In this document: positions 36,606 through 46,481 of the stretch, piece after piece
Layout of the letters: every line of letters starts with the position of its first letter
How positions within the stretch are numbered: the first letter of the stretch is position 1
NCBI GenBank assembly: GCA_016186905.1
Contig: JACPKS010000044.1
Coordinates: 3,456-67,455, forward strand
DNA: 64,000 bases
Reading direction: 5' to 3'
DNA from: Deltaproteobacteria bacterium
GTDB taxonomy: Bacteria > Bdellovibrionota > UBA1018 > UBA923
Position numbers and translations under genes: made by a program
Notes under the pieces: generated by a model
Told to the model about the DNA's origin: nothing
The model's database searches: none
Seen by the model: only the letters and a program-made list of their open reading frames with translations

Positions 36606-37967
36606 ATTCTCAGGCAAGAATTCGACCGAATATGCAGGCACCTGCACCAGATCGAATCTGAGCCTGGTTCCGGGATCAATCTTATAAGCAACTCTGTTTA
36701 TGTCGTGCTCTTGAAAGTTGCTGAGATTAAAATTCACCGCGAGATCGGTCTTATGCGTGCGCACGAACTGGTAGAGTGATTTAAGCGACCCGATTTTTTT
36801 AGATTTTACCTCGATCGGCATGATTTCCCCTTTGTGCTGGATCACGAAATCAATCTCGGCTGCGCCCCGCTTCTTGTTGTTCAACCAGAAGTACAGCTCA
36901 GGTTCCATGTCCGGGCCTTGAAAATAGGCCAAATGTTGCGCGATGAACTGCTCGCTGACCTTTCCCTTAAACGACTCCATGCGATCGTTCAAAATATCGT
37001 CGAAGTCGATTCCGGAAAGGCATGTCATGAGGCCCACATCCAGGAAATAAAGTTTGAAAACGCTTTCGTCCCTTTGAGCCTTGATCGGAAGCTCCGTGGC
37101 ATTCGTATGATTCGCGCGATGCACGACTCTTGCCTGGCATAAAAGCTCGATCGCTTTTTTTACGTCATTCGTCTTGTCGTCCCTGGAAATCTCGGAATAT
37201 TTGGCGAGGTTTCCGGCGCACATCGCGGCATATTCCATGACTTTCGGAAGACGCGCGGTTTGCGCCCTGGTCGCGTATTTTGAAAAATCGGCCTTGTACG
37301 TGTCGATGATTCCCCGCTGGATCCTTCTCGTCTCCCGCAAGTCACTTGTTTCAAGGTAAGTTTTGATCGCGGCCGGCATCCCGCCGACGAAAAGATACGT
37401 TTTATAATATTGCACAGCTTTCGCGTGCAAGGCTTCTGAAGGATTTTTTTTGTGCCCGACCTCGATCCACTCGATGAGTTTTTCCTCTTTGACGGCTTGC
37501 AGGTATTCAACAAAAGTCATGGGTCCCAGATGATGGAATTCGACTCTTCCGACCGGCATCGAGAATTCCTGATCGTTCAGGGTGAACTCCAGAAGCGATC
37601 CCGCTGCGATCACCGCGATATCGTGATGCTTCTCGTAGAAATACCTAAGGCAGCTCACGGCCTTCGGCTGCTCTTGAATTTCATCGATAAAAAGAAGCGT
37701 GTTCGGTTTACCGAGGGAAATTCCGGACAGCGCCTCGATTTCCTTGATGGCTAGACCGATGTCGAAAAAATTTGTCCCAAACTTTTCAAACTGACCGATT
37801 TTCGTCAGTTCAAGATTCAGCTCGCAAAGCTCAAGGCCATTGGCCGCGCAAAAATTTCTGACCAGAGTCGATTTTCCAACCTGTCTTGCCCCCCTTAGAA
37901 TGAGTGGCTTTCTATTATTTTTTGTCCGAAACCATTTGAGAAGGTCTTCCTCAGCAGCTCGCCTCAT
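36591..37967 (-). CDS. AAA+ ATPase, COG1373/DUF4143 family
   Basis: Walker A GARQVGKST, Walker B LLFIDEIQ, and a C-terminal DUF4143-like region. GC is lower than the surroundings. Confidence 0.75.
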   Translation of the reverse strand: MRRAAEEDLLKWFRTKNNRKPLILRGARQVGKSTLVRNFCAANGLELCELNLELTKIGQFEKFGTNFFDIGLAIKEIEALSGISLGKPNTLLFIDEIQEQPKAVSCLRYFYEKHHDIAVIAAGSLLEFTLNDQEFSMPVGRVEFHHLGPMTFVEYLQAVKEEKLIEWIEVGHKKNPSEALHAKAVQYYKTYLFVGGMPAAIKTYLETSDLRETRRIQRGIIDTYKADFSKYATRAQTARLPKVMEYAAMCAGNLAKYSEISRDDKTNDVKKAIELLCQARVVHRANHTNATELPIKAQRDESVFKLYFLDVGLMTCLSGIDFDDILNDRMESFKGKVSEQFIAQHLAYFQGPDMEPELYFWLNNKKRGAAEIDFVIQHKGEIMPIEVKSKKIGSLKSLYQFVRTHKTDLAVNFNLSNFQEHDINRVAYKIDPGTRLRFDLVQVPAYSVEFLPENSLQP

Positions 37968-38136
37968 ATCAAGATCTTAGCATAAATCGTATAAATAAGG
38001 GTATCTGTTTTAGACTATTATATTACTAATAAGGATGGCTGTTAAGCACCATTCGCGAGGAATCAGAGTTCAAATTTATCTTAAGGCATTGATATTACTT
38101 ATTTTATCAATCCAGCGACCGCGCAGAATTTCTAGG

Positions 38137-38400
38137 TCATTTCTGATAACGCAAGGCGCTCAGCCGCTTGGCTTTCGCGACGAGTTTCTTGAGCGGAAGT
38201 GGGGGCTCGTTTTTCAAATGCGCCATGAGCTGAACGAGAAGCTCCTTTTGAAATTTCAAGATTTCCGCGTGAACGACTCTCGCGCTTTTGCCGGCGTCGG
38301 TGGAAAAATCACAGGCCGATACCGACGGGCTCGTGCCGGCAATACTCAGCATGAGCGTCTACGCGGTGATGACCGTGGCGCGGGAATCAAGGGGATCCGG
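38137..38400 (-). pseudogene. Decayed duplicate of the abiEii 3' end
   Basis: About 85-90% nucleotide identity to 31930-32170, beginning exactly at the abiEii stop. Only a 71-aa ORF remains. Confidence 0.6.
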
Positions 38401-38442
38401 CATGAGCATGAGCTGCGGGTTCCGCCAGAGCTCCGTCCGCCC

Positions 38443-41400
38443 TTAATTGGCTCTCTTCTTCCGCAACATCTTCGCGCAACCGGCGTATTTCGTCTGCAGC
38501 AGCCGGGCGAACTCGTCCACGCCGTCGATGTAGCCGTTCAGATTCTCGGTCCATTTTACAAAATCGCGTATCAACGGGACCCCCGCCTTCGCGCGAAGAA
38601 GCCGCAATTCATCGGCGCTGAAATGATCCGCTCCTCCCATGTTGAGGAGCTCGACATATGCGCGCGCAAGAACCGGCGTGAGGCGGGCCGTCTTGCCGCG
38701 ATCCATGTCGAGCAGAAGACGGTGCAGCGATTTTTCAAGAATCTCCGGGCTGTCAACCTGAGGTTTACGCGCAAGCTTGACGAGTTTCAAAATCCCCTCT
38801 TCGAGCTCCTCGGCGCTCCACTCAGCGCTTATGAGCTCGTCGATGTATTCTTGGCCGTCCCATTTGTTATGTTTCTTGTCGTGAATGACCAGCCAGTCGA
38901 ACACGACCTTTTTCTCTTCGGGACTCAATCTGGTGGCGAGTCGAGTGATATCAGTTTCGTAGCTGTCGAACACTTGAGAAGCGTTTTGGCCAAACTCTTC
39001 AAGCGCCTTGCGCAAAAGCGCGAATTGGGCGGCTTCGTAATCGTGTAATATCGCGCGGAGGATTCTTCCGCGATCGGTGTCCGAGCCGACCTTCGCCGCG
39101 GCTTCGATGAGCTTGTCCAGGACGATTGATGCAATGGGACTTGCCGCGATCGCTTCTCGCTTTTGCTGGACGAAACTCGTGAAGGCCTCACGTTTCCCGC
39201 TCCTGGCAAGCTCGTCAATAAAAAGAATCAGCCGGGTGGAGTCGTTTAGATCAACGAGCGGCAAATCGTGCTTCATGAACACCCACCTGCTCATGCGCAG
39301 GAGCTTCGCGCGCGTTTCCCCGCCGACTTCATCGACGAGCTCGAGGATGGCGCGGTCAATGCTCGTAAGCGCATCCTGATGGCTGCTGAAGTCGAGAAGG
39401 CGCGACACAAACGAAGACCGGCTTCCGCGAAGATCCTCGCGAATCCTTGTCTTGAGCTCATCCTTAAGAGCCGCAGACGCTTCATCTCTGAAAAACAAAT
39501 CATCCGGTTTGATCGGGCCGAGCTGGCCCTTTTGCGCGAGCTGATATGCTTGACGCACATGATTAAACTCCGCGAGCCCGCGGGAAAACTGGTCCGTCGA
39601 GACATCTCCGTACTTAAGATAAAGCTCGGCGGTTTTAGGGTTGATGACAAGCATCTTCGCGACGAGATGCTCAGCGCCATGCGGACTCAACTTTCCCGCC
39701 TGGATTTTTTTCTCGAGCTCAGGCGCGAACTCGTCGGCGAACGGGAGAGCGATCCAGAACATGAAGCAGTCATCCGCATTGGCCGTTCCGAGCATTCCGC
39801 TGAAAATCAATTCCTTAAGTTTCGCCTTGGGTACGAATCGCGCATAAAAAGGGGCAAACGAGTCGATCGGGCTATAAGGGTGGTGCGCGTATTTCGAGAG
39901 CGGGTTTTTCGAGAGCAAGAAACTAGTTGAAACGGTTTCTGAAAGCCACGTGACGAATTTTTCGTCCCAGAACACGGCTCCGAGCTCCGTGCGGAATAAT
40001 GCATCCAGCTCATGCGGGTTGATCCATTTTCCCCGCTCCATCGCGTCGATGAGCCGCGCGCGAAGCCGGGCCTTTTCTTTATCGCTTGCCGCGAGGATCT
40101 TCGCGATCGCGGTCTTGCGAAATTCCGGATAAATAGCCCCTCCACCGTGAAACTCGATTCCACCCAGGAAAAGCAGGTCGAACCATTGCACGGCGTTCAT
40201 GCGCTCCTGAATGAATGGGAACTCAAGAAGCACGCTGACCATCCCATCGGCCGGCACGCCTTTGCTCATGTGCGTGAGTTTGTCGATGAACGCGTCGGCA
40301 AACTCGGCCTGATTCTCGGGATTCACGGCCTTTTTCGAAAACCGCTTGAGCAGTTCGTGTGCGAGTTTGTTTTCTTCATCGGAGCTGGACTTCGTGAAGA
40401 CGATCGCCCTGATTTTTTCGGCGGTGCTGAGCTCAAGGTGTTTGAGTGGATGAGGAAGCGCCAGCCATTCCTCGAGCAGGAATTGCGAGGGCTTGCGCTT
40501 GTGAAGCTCCTTTCGCACGATCTCGGAGATCGCGCGATCCTCGTCGTCGGAGAGGTGCGCGACCCTGCTCGTGATGCGCCGCTTGAGTTTCTCGAGAATC
40601 CCCCGGTCGCCGTCGTCGAGAAGCCTGCCGCCCTGAAGGAGCGCGAAGAACTCGGCAGGACCGATGTTCAGGCTCTCGGGGATGACTTCAAGAGCGTTGC
40701 GATTGAGAAAAATCAGAAAGTCCGTGCCTGCCACAATGAAATCCGCGCCCTCAAGCGCATCGGGTGCGACCTTGTAGCGGATGGTGAGGCCCGTGCCGGC
40801 GGCGCCTTGTCTGCCGATCCTCGTGTAATGGCCGTCGCCGAAACTCGCGGCCTCGCCCGCGTAGCCGTCGCGCGAGATCAGCACGTTGGGCCTTCCCGTC
40901 GTGTCGCGCGTGATCGATTCGTAGGCGATGAAGTCGGAAGTCTCGTGCGCGACGGCGAACTCATCCCACGGAATGTCCATTTTTTTTGCGACGTCGCGGG
41001 CCGTTCTCGCTTTTACGCCTTTCGGAAGTTTCGAACGATCGCCGACACGAAACGAGCGCAGCGGCTCTTTTCCCATCCACCAGGCCACCGATCCTTCGTC
41101 GGTGATGTCGCCGATCTTGGCGAGCTTCCGGCGCAGGCCAAGCGTGTCGAGCGTGTCCATCGCGTACTCGATGTTCACGGCGTGTTTGACGAGCTTGGCT
41201 GCATTGCCGCGGTCGGCGAGCCAGCCGCGCGCCCAGCCGCTCCAGGAAGGCGGATCGCGAACGGGATCGAAAGCGCCGATGATTCCGCGGATGGGGACGA
41301 GGTCTTCGTCGCGCGTCTTGAGCTCGTATTGAAAAGCCTTCGTGAGGTAGCGGATCACCGAGAAAATCGGCGGATTATCGCCCGCCTTGAAGCGCGACGT

Positions 41401-42132
41401 CGTTTCGTGGCGTTTTGAGAAGTAATAATGCAATTTCCCTTCGGCGGCGTCGCGCAGGAAGAACGGGTCCTTCTGGTTTTTCCAATCCCGCAGATCCCGC
41501 ACGATCGCTTCGCCGCGCGGAGAATCGGTTAGCTCGATCATTCCGGTCGAGTTCGAATCGGTGTGCTGATCCAAAAAATCCGGATTATTGAGCAGCGCCT
41601 GCTTTACTCCCCGGTCCTGCCTGAGCAGGCGCACTTCCCATTCCGACTTCGAACCTTGCAAATGCGCGAGTTTGGATTTGATCAGAGTTTCCAGCTGCTC
41701 GGCTTGCTCCGGCGTGCCGTCGACGACAAGATCGGCGTCCTGGGTTGAGCGGTAGATATTCGTGAAGTCGTAATCAAAGCGCGACTCGATGAAGCGCTTG
41801 TCGCCGCCTTTGCGCAGCAGATCCCATTTCACGTAGTGCGCGTATCCGGCGGCCGTGCCGCCGAAGAGCCAGACGCGCAGACCGAGCTCGCGCGCGGCTT
41901 CGCGGATGATCTTGAATTCGAACACGCGGTCGCGGTTTTTCGCGATTTCGGCCGCGAGCCGCCCGGTCTCGACGGGCGCGTAGCCGGTCTGGGCCGAAGG
42001 ATTTTTCGCATGCTCAGGAGCTTTCGCGTGCGCTGGCGCTTTCGCGTGCGCGGTGGCGATGATCGCGGCGACGAAAAGAGCAAACCCTGCCGCAAACAGC
42101 CTCTTTTTAGCCTGAAAAGAATGGACGATCAT
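38443..42132 (-). CDS. Giant secreted paralog of the 33252-35858 protein, with a divergent or degenerate ART-like core
   Basis: Signal peptide MIVHSFQAKKRLFAAGFALFVAAIIATAHA. It shares the N-terminal GG..A.GY...DAD-type domain and an alpha-helical C-terminus. No intact HG[ST]/E motif was found by eye. Confidence 0.45.
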   Translation of the reverse strand: MIVHSFQAKKRLFAAGFALFVAAIIATAHAKAPAHAKAPEHAKNPSAQTGYAPVETGRLAAEIAKNRDRVFEFKIIREAARELGLRVWLFGGTAAGYAHYVKWDLLRKGGDKRFIESRFDYDFTNIYRSTQDADLVVDGTPEQAEQLETLIKSKLAHLQGSKSEWEVRLLRQDRGVKQALLNNPDFLDQHTDSNSTGMIELTDSPRGEAIVRDLRDWKNQKDPFFLRDAAEGKLHYYFSKRHETTSRFKAGDNPPIFSVIRYLTKAFQYELKTRDEDLVPIRGIIGAFDPVRDPPSWSGWARGWLADRGNAAKLVKHAVNIEYAMDTLDTLGLRRKLAKIGDITDEGSVAWWMGKEPLRSFRVGDRSKLPKGVKARTARDVAKKMDIPWDEFAVAHETSDFIAYESITRDTTGRPNVLISRDGYAGEAASFGDGHYTRIGRQGAAGTGLTIRYKVAPDALEGADFIVAGTDFLIFLNRNALEVIPESLNIGPAEFFALLQGGRLLDDGDRGILEKLKRRITSRVAHLSDDEDRAISEIVRKELHKRKPSQFLLEEWLALPHPLKHLELSTAEKIRAIVFTKSSSDEENKLAHELLKRFSKKAVNPENQAEFADAFIDKLTHMSKGVPADGMVSVLLEFPFIQERMNAVQWFDLLFLGGIEFHGGGAIYPEFRKTAIAKILAASDKEKARLRARLIDAMERGKWINPHELDALFRTELGAVFWDEKFVTWLSETVSTSFLLSKNPLSKYAHHPYSPIDSFAPFYARFVPKAKLKELIFSGMLGTANADDCFMFWIALPFADEFAPELEKKIQAGKLSPHGAEHLVAKMLVINPKTAELYLKYGDVSTDQFSRGLAEFNHVRQAYQLAQKGQLGPIKPDDLFFRDEASAALKDELKTRIREDLRGSRSSFVSRLLDFSSHQDALTSIDRAILELVDEVGGETRAKLLRMSRWVFMKHDLPLVDLNDSTRLILFIDELARSGKREAFTSFVQQKREAIAASPIASIVLDKLIEAAAKVGSDTDRGRILRAILHDYEAAQFALLRKALEEFGQNASQVFDSYETDITRLATRLSPEEKKVVFDWLVIHDKKHNKWDGQEYIDELISAEWSAEELEEGILKLVKLARKPQVDSPEILEKSLHRLLLDMDRGKTARLTPVLARAYVELLNMGGADHFSADELRLLRAKAGVPLIRDFVKWTENLNGYIDGVDEFARLLQTKYAGCAKMLRKKRAN

Positions 42133-42287
42133 GCCTTCTGTATCGTCTTTGCCGGCGCCGATCAGGATGGGCAAAAGATGATCAGCAAGAGTTTCTTTGC
42201 GCGCAAACGGGCGTTGCCCGGTTGAACCAATTCAGGGGTTATCGCGACACCGCGCGACACCGGCGGTCACTCGTTCGGCTGGTAGCT

Positions 42288-43442
42288 TCAGTTCGGAAAA
42301 CTCTTAAGCAGCGCGGGCAGGCCCTCGAGCCCAGTGTAATATAAGTCCCTCATTCTCCTCGCGGTTTTCTTTCGCGCTCCATTTTCATCCGAGGCCACGA
42401 CAATGACCGGTGATTGCGGGTACATATCCCGGAACACCGAAACGGAATTTTCGGAGAATTGACGGGACTTCCATTTGCATTCGATGGCGATGGGCCGCGC
42501 TCCAGCCATGCCCTGAACGACAAAATCCACCTCATGCGCGGCCTTATCCCTCCAAAAATGTATTTTTTCCGGCGGTACGAGCGAAAGCATTTCATTCAAG
42601 ACGAAGTGCTCCCACAGAGGCCCGCAGTCGCTTTCAGTCAGACTCGTGCGGCCATGAAAATAATTGATGAACCCGGTATCGAAAAAATAGACTTTGGGAG
42701 CCGCGACGATTTCACGCGCGGGATTCGAGGAGAACGGACGCAGGATCACCGCGGCATGCGCGATTTCCAGAGCTCCGAGGTAATTCATGACTGTCTGGCG
42801 GGACAGCTCGCATGGAGCGGTCAGCGACTGGGCCTCGAAAAGCCCTCCGCTCTGCAACGCCAGCAGCTCCATGAGCTTCATGAAGCCGTACCTTTTTTCG
42901 ATCTTGAAGACTTCTTGGATGTCTTTGGCCCAAAAGCCATCGATCCAATCACGATAGGCCGCCTCATCGAAAGCGGGCGACAGCAGAAACGGCGGCAAAC
43001 CGCCCTTAAGCAGCCGCTCACGAAGGTTTCCATGCCCGAGCGCCGACAGGTCAGCGGCATTGCATGGCGTAAGTTTTACGACCCGCTTGCGGTCCGTGAG
43101 CGTGTCGCTGAACTTCGCGGTGGCAGCCAGGGTCGATGACCCAGTGGCGACGATTTTCAAGCGCGGGTAGTGATCCGCGGCGATTTTCAGCACTGCCGAC
43201 GGATTCGCGATCTTGTGGACCTCGTCGAGCACGATCAAGCGCCCATGACGGCTGTCAAAAAATTCCTCCGGATCGTCGAGAAGCCGTTGGATGCGCGGGA
43301 GCTCGCAATCAAAGTAGTCCACGTCTCCGAGCTGGCGGCAGAGGGTGGTCTTACCGGATCTGCGCACCCCCGTGAACCAAACGACGTTTTTTCTCAAAAG
43401 CGCCTGATTGATTCTTTCCAGCCAGAAATCTCTTTTAACCAC
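42288..43442 (-). CDS. AAA+ ATPase, COG1373/DUF4143 family (second copy, diverged)
   Basis: Walker A GVRRSGKTT, Walker B LIVLDEVHK and a DUF4143-like C-terminus. It lies 113 bp upstream of the giant paralog on the same strand. Confidence 0.7.
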   Translation of the reverse strand: MVKRDFWLERINQALLRKNVVWFTGVRRSGKTTLCRQLGDVDYFDCELPRIQRLLDDPEEFFDSRHGRLIVLDEVHKIANPSAVLKIAADHYPRLKIVATGSSTLAATAKFSDTLTDRKRVVKLTPCNAADLSALGHGNLRERLLKGGLPPFLLSPAFDEAAYRDWIDGFWAKDIQEVFKIEKRYGFMKLMELLALQSGGLFEAQSLTAPCELSRQTVMNYLGALEIAHAAVILRPFSSNPAREIVAAPKVYFFDTGFINYFHGRTSLTESDCGPLWEHFVLNEMLSLVPPEKIHFWRDKAAHEVDFVVQGMAGARPIAIECKWKSRQFSENSVSVFRDMYPQSPVIVVASDENGARKKTARRMRDLYYTGLEGLPALLKSFPN

Positions 43443-43545
43443 AATTTTAGTTTAGCGTTTAGTCTGACTAAACGCAAGCATGTTTTTAAATGGCTTCTTG
43501 CCGATCGGATCCTTGGGACTCGAAAATCGACCCGCGGTCAGTAGA

Positions 43546-44346
43546 TCAAAGGCTGTTCAGGCCGTTTACGAGTCTGCCCTGAAGGGCGACCAGCGCCTGC
43601 TCATCGCCATCGTATTCCGCGGCGGATGGGCCCGAAACGATCACGCCCGGCTCAGGCCGAAGCGTGGTTTCCTTTCCTCCGGCCAGCGCGTGGCCCGAGA
43701 TCAGCTGACGGATGTTCGCGAACAGCACGAGGCCGCCCGGTGTTTTCATCGAACCGTCCAGATTCAAGCTCGGCCCGAACACGCTTCCGACAACTCCCGG
43801 CTTACCGGCCGAGTCGCGCAGGAAAATCTGAGTGACCCTGAGATACGGCGGGAAATACTTATAGTCCATGAACGTGAAAATCGCGGCAGCACCCAGCCAG
43901 TTGGCGTGGAGCACGTCAACATACGCATAGAGGTCGTATTTCGACGATGCAGGATTAGGATTCTTCACTTCCGCGAGAGCGTAGGGCTTTCCGTCTTTAT
44001 CCCTTGGAAGGCCGATCGGTGTGCCGTTCGGCAAATTCGTCGTCGGAGTCAACCGAACGTAATCCTGGTCATTGAAGACGGCGGTATTGAGATCGAATCC
44101 AAATTCGAAAGGCTGATCCAGGCCGTAAAACGGACTCACAAAAAGAGAACCGTATTGCTTGATGTTGAAGGCCGCGCCGAAATCGGTCTGAATGTCCGGG
44201 CTGAACACCAGCGAAATCCGAATCGTCTTCAGATCATCGGATGGTTTAAACGTCACGTGATCGATGAGCTTGTTTTGAAAGCAGCCCGACGCCGTAACCG
44301 CCATGAGCAACGCGACAACACACAATAACAAACGATTGAACTTCAT
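43546..44346 (-). CDS. Hypothetical lipoprotein
   Basis: Signal peptide with lipobox (VTASGC). Confidence 0.45.
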   Translation of the reverse strand: MKFNRLLLCVVALLMAVTASGCFQNKLIDHVTFKPSDDLKTIRISLVFSPDIQTDFGAAFNIKQYGSLFVSPFYGLDQPFEFGFDLNTAVFNDQDYVRLTPTTNLPNGTPIGLPRDKDGKPYALAEVKNPNPASSKYDLYAYVDVLHANWLGAAAIFTFMDYKYFPPYLRVTQIFLRDSAGKPGVVGSVFGPSLNLDGSMKTPGGLVLFANIRQLISGHALAGGKETTLRPEPGVIVSGPSAAEYDGDEQALVALQGRLVNGLNSL

Positions 44347-44566
44347 TACCGCCCCTCCCAGGTTGGAATTGATACACGCGATTTACATTAGATGGCGCGC
44401 CCGGTCAATCGAACTCTAAAATAAACCGTGCGGGCTAGCGCCCGATTGGTCGCGAGCACTTTATTTCTTTGCCGCACCGCTCCTTGCCGGGAGGCGTCGA
44501 AACCGGATAAAAAAAGAGAGTCACTCCAGCACGATGGGGCGATAGCGCCAAGAGGCATACGAAAAG

Positions 44567-45376
44567 ATGGAACTTCTTAAGATCCGCACCGAGCAATTCG
44601 AAGGCCCTCTCGACCTCCTCCTTTTTCTCATTCAGAAGAACGAGTTCGATATCTCAGCGATCAGCATCCACAAGATCACCGACCAGTACGTCCAATATTG
44701 CGAGCTGATTCGCGAACTTAACTTCGATGACGCGAGCGAGTTTCTCGTCATGGCAGCGACACTCATCCACCTGAAATCCAAGCGCCTGCTGCCGGATGAA
44801 ACGGTGGGTCAGACCGAGCAATCCGCCGACGCAATGCCCACGAGCGAAGAAGAGCTCGTGCGCAGGCTTCTTGAGTACAAACGCTATCAGGAAGCCGGCC
44901 GCAAGGTCGCCGAATTCCCGATGCTGGGCCACGACTTTTTCACGCGCCCGAATGTTCCGCCGCCTGAAAAACAAACAGTGTGGAAGGAGCTCGACCTGAC
45001 GGGTCTGACGCTCGCGTTCCAGGACGCGCTCAAGCGCTCGCGCAAGCGCGGCAAAATCATCATCCGCGAGCCCATCTCGATTCCTGAACGCATCGCGCAG
45101 CTTGGCGCGATTCTTAAAGTCGGCGAGATGACCGAATTCGCCGCGATTCTTTCGGAAGACTGCGACCGCGCCGAAATCACGGTCACCTTCATCGCGCTGC
45201 TTGAGCTTGCCCGCCTCAAGAAATTGAAAATTTATCAGAACGAGGTTTTCGGGACGATTTATCTTACGCTTTCCGAAAGCCTCTCAAAGTTCGATCCGAA
45301 ACTCGCGACAGGTTTTGAATACAAGGTGAAGGATCTCAAGAAAAATATCAGCCAGGAGCCGACAGCAAATGGATAA
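44567..45376 (+). CDS. scpA: Segregation and condensation protein A
   Basis: N-terminus QFEGPLDLLLFLIQKNEFDI is typical of ScpA. Confidence 0.85.
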   Translation: MELLKIRTEQFEGPLDLLLFLIQKNEFDISAISIHKITDQYVQYCELIRELNFDDASEFLVMAATLIHLKSKRLLPDETVGQTEQSADAMPTSEEELVRRLLEYKRYQEAGRKVAEFPMLGHDFFTRPNVPPPEKQTVWKELDLTGLTLAFQDALKRSRKRGKIIIREPISIPERIAQLGAILKVGEMTEFAAILSEDCDRAEITVTFIALLELARLKKLKIYQNEVFGTIYLTLSESLSKFDPKLATGFEYKVKDLKKNISQEPTANG

Positions 45377-46481
45377 GAACACCGAGCTCGAAGCGGAAGA
45401 GGAGGCCCCAAAGGCCGACCAGAGTGCCGAGACCGAGGAAAGCACGGAAGCCTTTGACGAAGAGAAGCTGCTCGAGCTCGCGGCCAAAGAAGGCTTGCTC
45501 GATCTCGGCGAAGAAAATGCCGACGCGGAAAACGACGAAGAGGGAGAGCGGAAATGCCAGCTTTCCGAGGAAGACCGTAATTTCATCACCGCTGGGATGG
45601 AAACGGTTCTTTTCATGTCGGATCGCCCCGTCACGCTCTCCAGGCTTCGCTCGGTGATCAATCGCGAAATCCCGATGTCGGAGTTCCGCAAGGCGATGCT
45701 AAGCCTACGCGAGGAATTCGCGCGCGACCACCGCGGCGTCGAGATCGTCGAGTTCGGCCACGGCTTTCAGCTTCGCACGAAACCTTTGATGGGCGCGGTT
45801 CTGCGCAAGATGATCAAGACCCAGCCGCTCAAACTCACGCCGACCTCGATGGAAACGCTTGCCGTGATCGCCTACAAGCAGCCGCTCACGAAAGACGGGA
45901 TCGATCGCGTCCGCGGCGTGGACAGCGGCTACATGCTGAGAAACCTCATGGAAAAGCGCATGATCCGCATCGCGGGGCGCTCGGAGCTTCCGGGCCGCCC
46001 GATGCTCTACTCCACTTCGCGCGAATTTCTCGAGCTCTTCAACCTGAAGAGTGTCGCGGACATGCCGCCGCTGCACGAGATCGAGTCGATGGTGGCGGAA
46101 AGCGAGATCGGCGACGTGAACGAGGAAGAACAAGCCCTGCGCGATTTCACGACGCTGGTGATTCAGAACGACAAAGTTCTCTTCGAAGAAGGCGGCCTCG
46201 ACACTCAGATCGAGGAGCTCCGCAAGGAGATCGCCGCGATTCCGACGTCGACCGACTTCATCGAACAACAGAAACAGCGAGAGAAGCTCGAGGCGCAGCT
46301 TGCTGCGCTCGCGACGGCGGATGCCGGCGCCAAAGCAGCAGAGCAGATCGCGGCGATGCAGCAGGGGAACCTCGTGGCGTCGAGCAATCAGGATGCGGCA
46401 GTATTATCCTCTGACGCAGCCGAAGAAAGCGCGGCTTCGCGCGCTTGCACTGAGAGCGCGCTTGCGCGCGTGCCCTTGTGA
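45369..46481 (+). CDS. scpB: Segregation and condensation protein B with an acidic N-terminal and a coiled C-terminal extension
   Basis: Winged-helix ScpB core (TLAVIAYKQPLTKDGIDRVRGV) in a 370-aa protein. Confidence 0.8.
   Translation: MDKNTELEAEEEAPKADQSAETEESTEAFDEEKLLELAAKEGLLDLGEENADAENDEEGERKCQLSEEDRNFITAGMETVLFMSDRPVTLSRLRSVINREIPMSEFRKAMLSLREEFARDHRGVEIVEFGHGFQLRTKPLMGAVLRKMIKTQPLKLTPTSMETLAVIAYKQPLTKDGIDRVRGVDSGYMLRNLMEKRMIRIAGRSELPGRPMLYSTSREFLELFNLKSVADMPPLHEIESMVAESEIGDVNEEEQALRDFTTLVIQNDKVLFEEGGLDTQIEELRKEIAAIPTSTDFIEQQKQREKLEAQLAALATADAGAKAAEQIAAMQQGNLVASSNQDAAVLSSDAAEESAASRACTESALARVPL

Noticed and set aside
33135-38100. TATATTACT-like short motifs recurring in AT-rich joints as possible att sites
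   Set aside because: The matches are short (9 nt) and lie in >70% AT DNA where chance recurrence is likely. No extended direct repeat was found.
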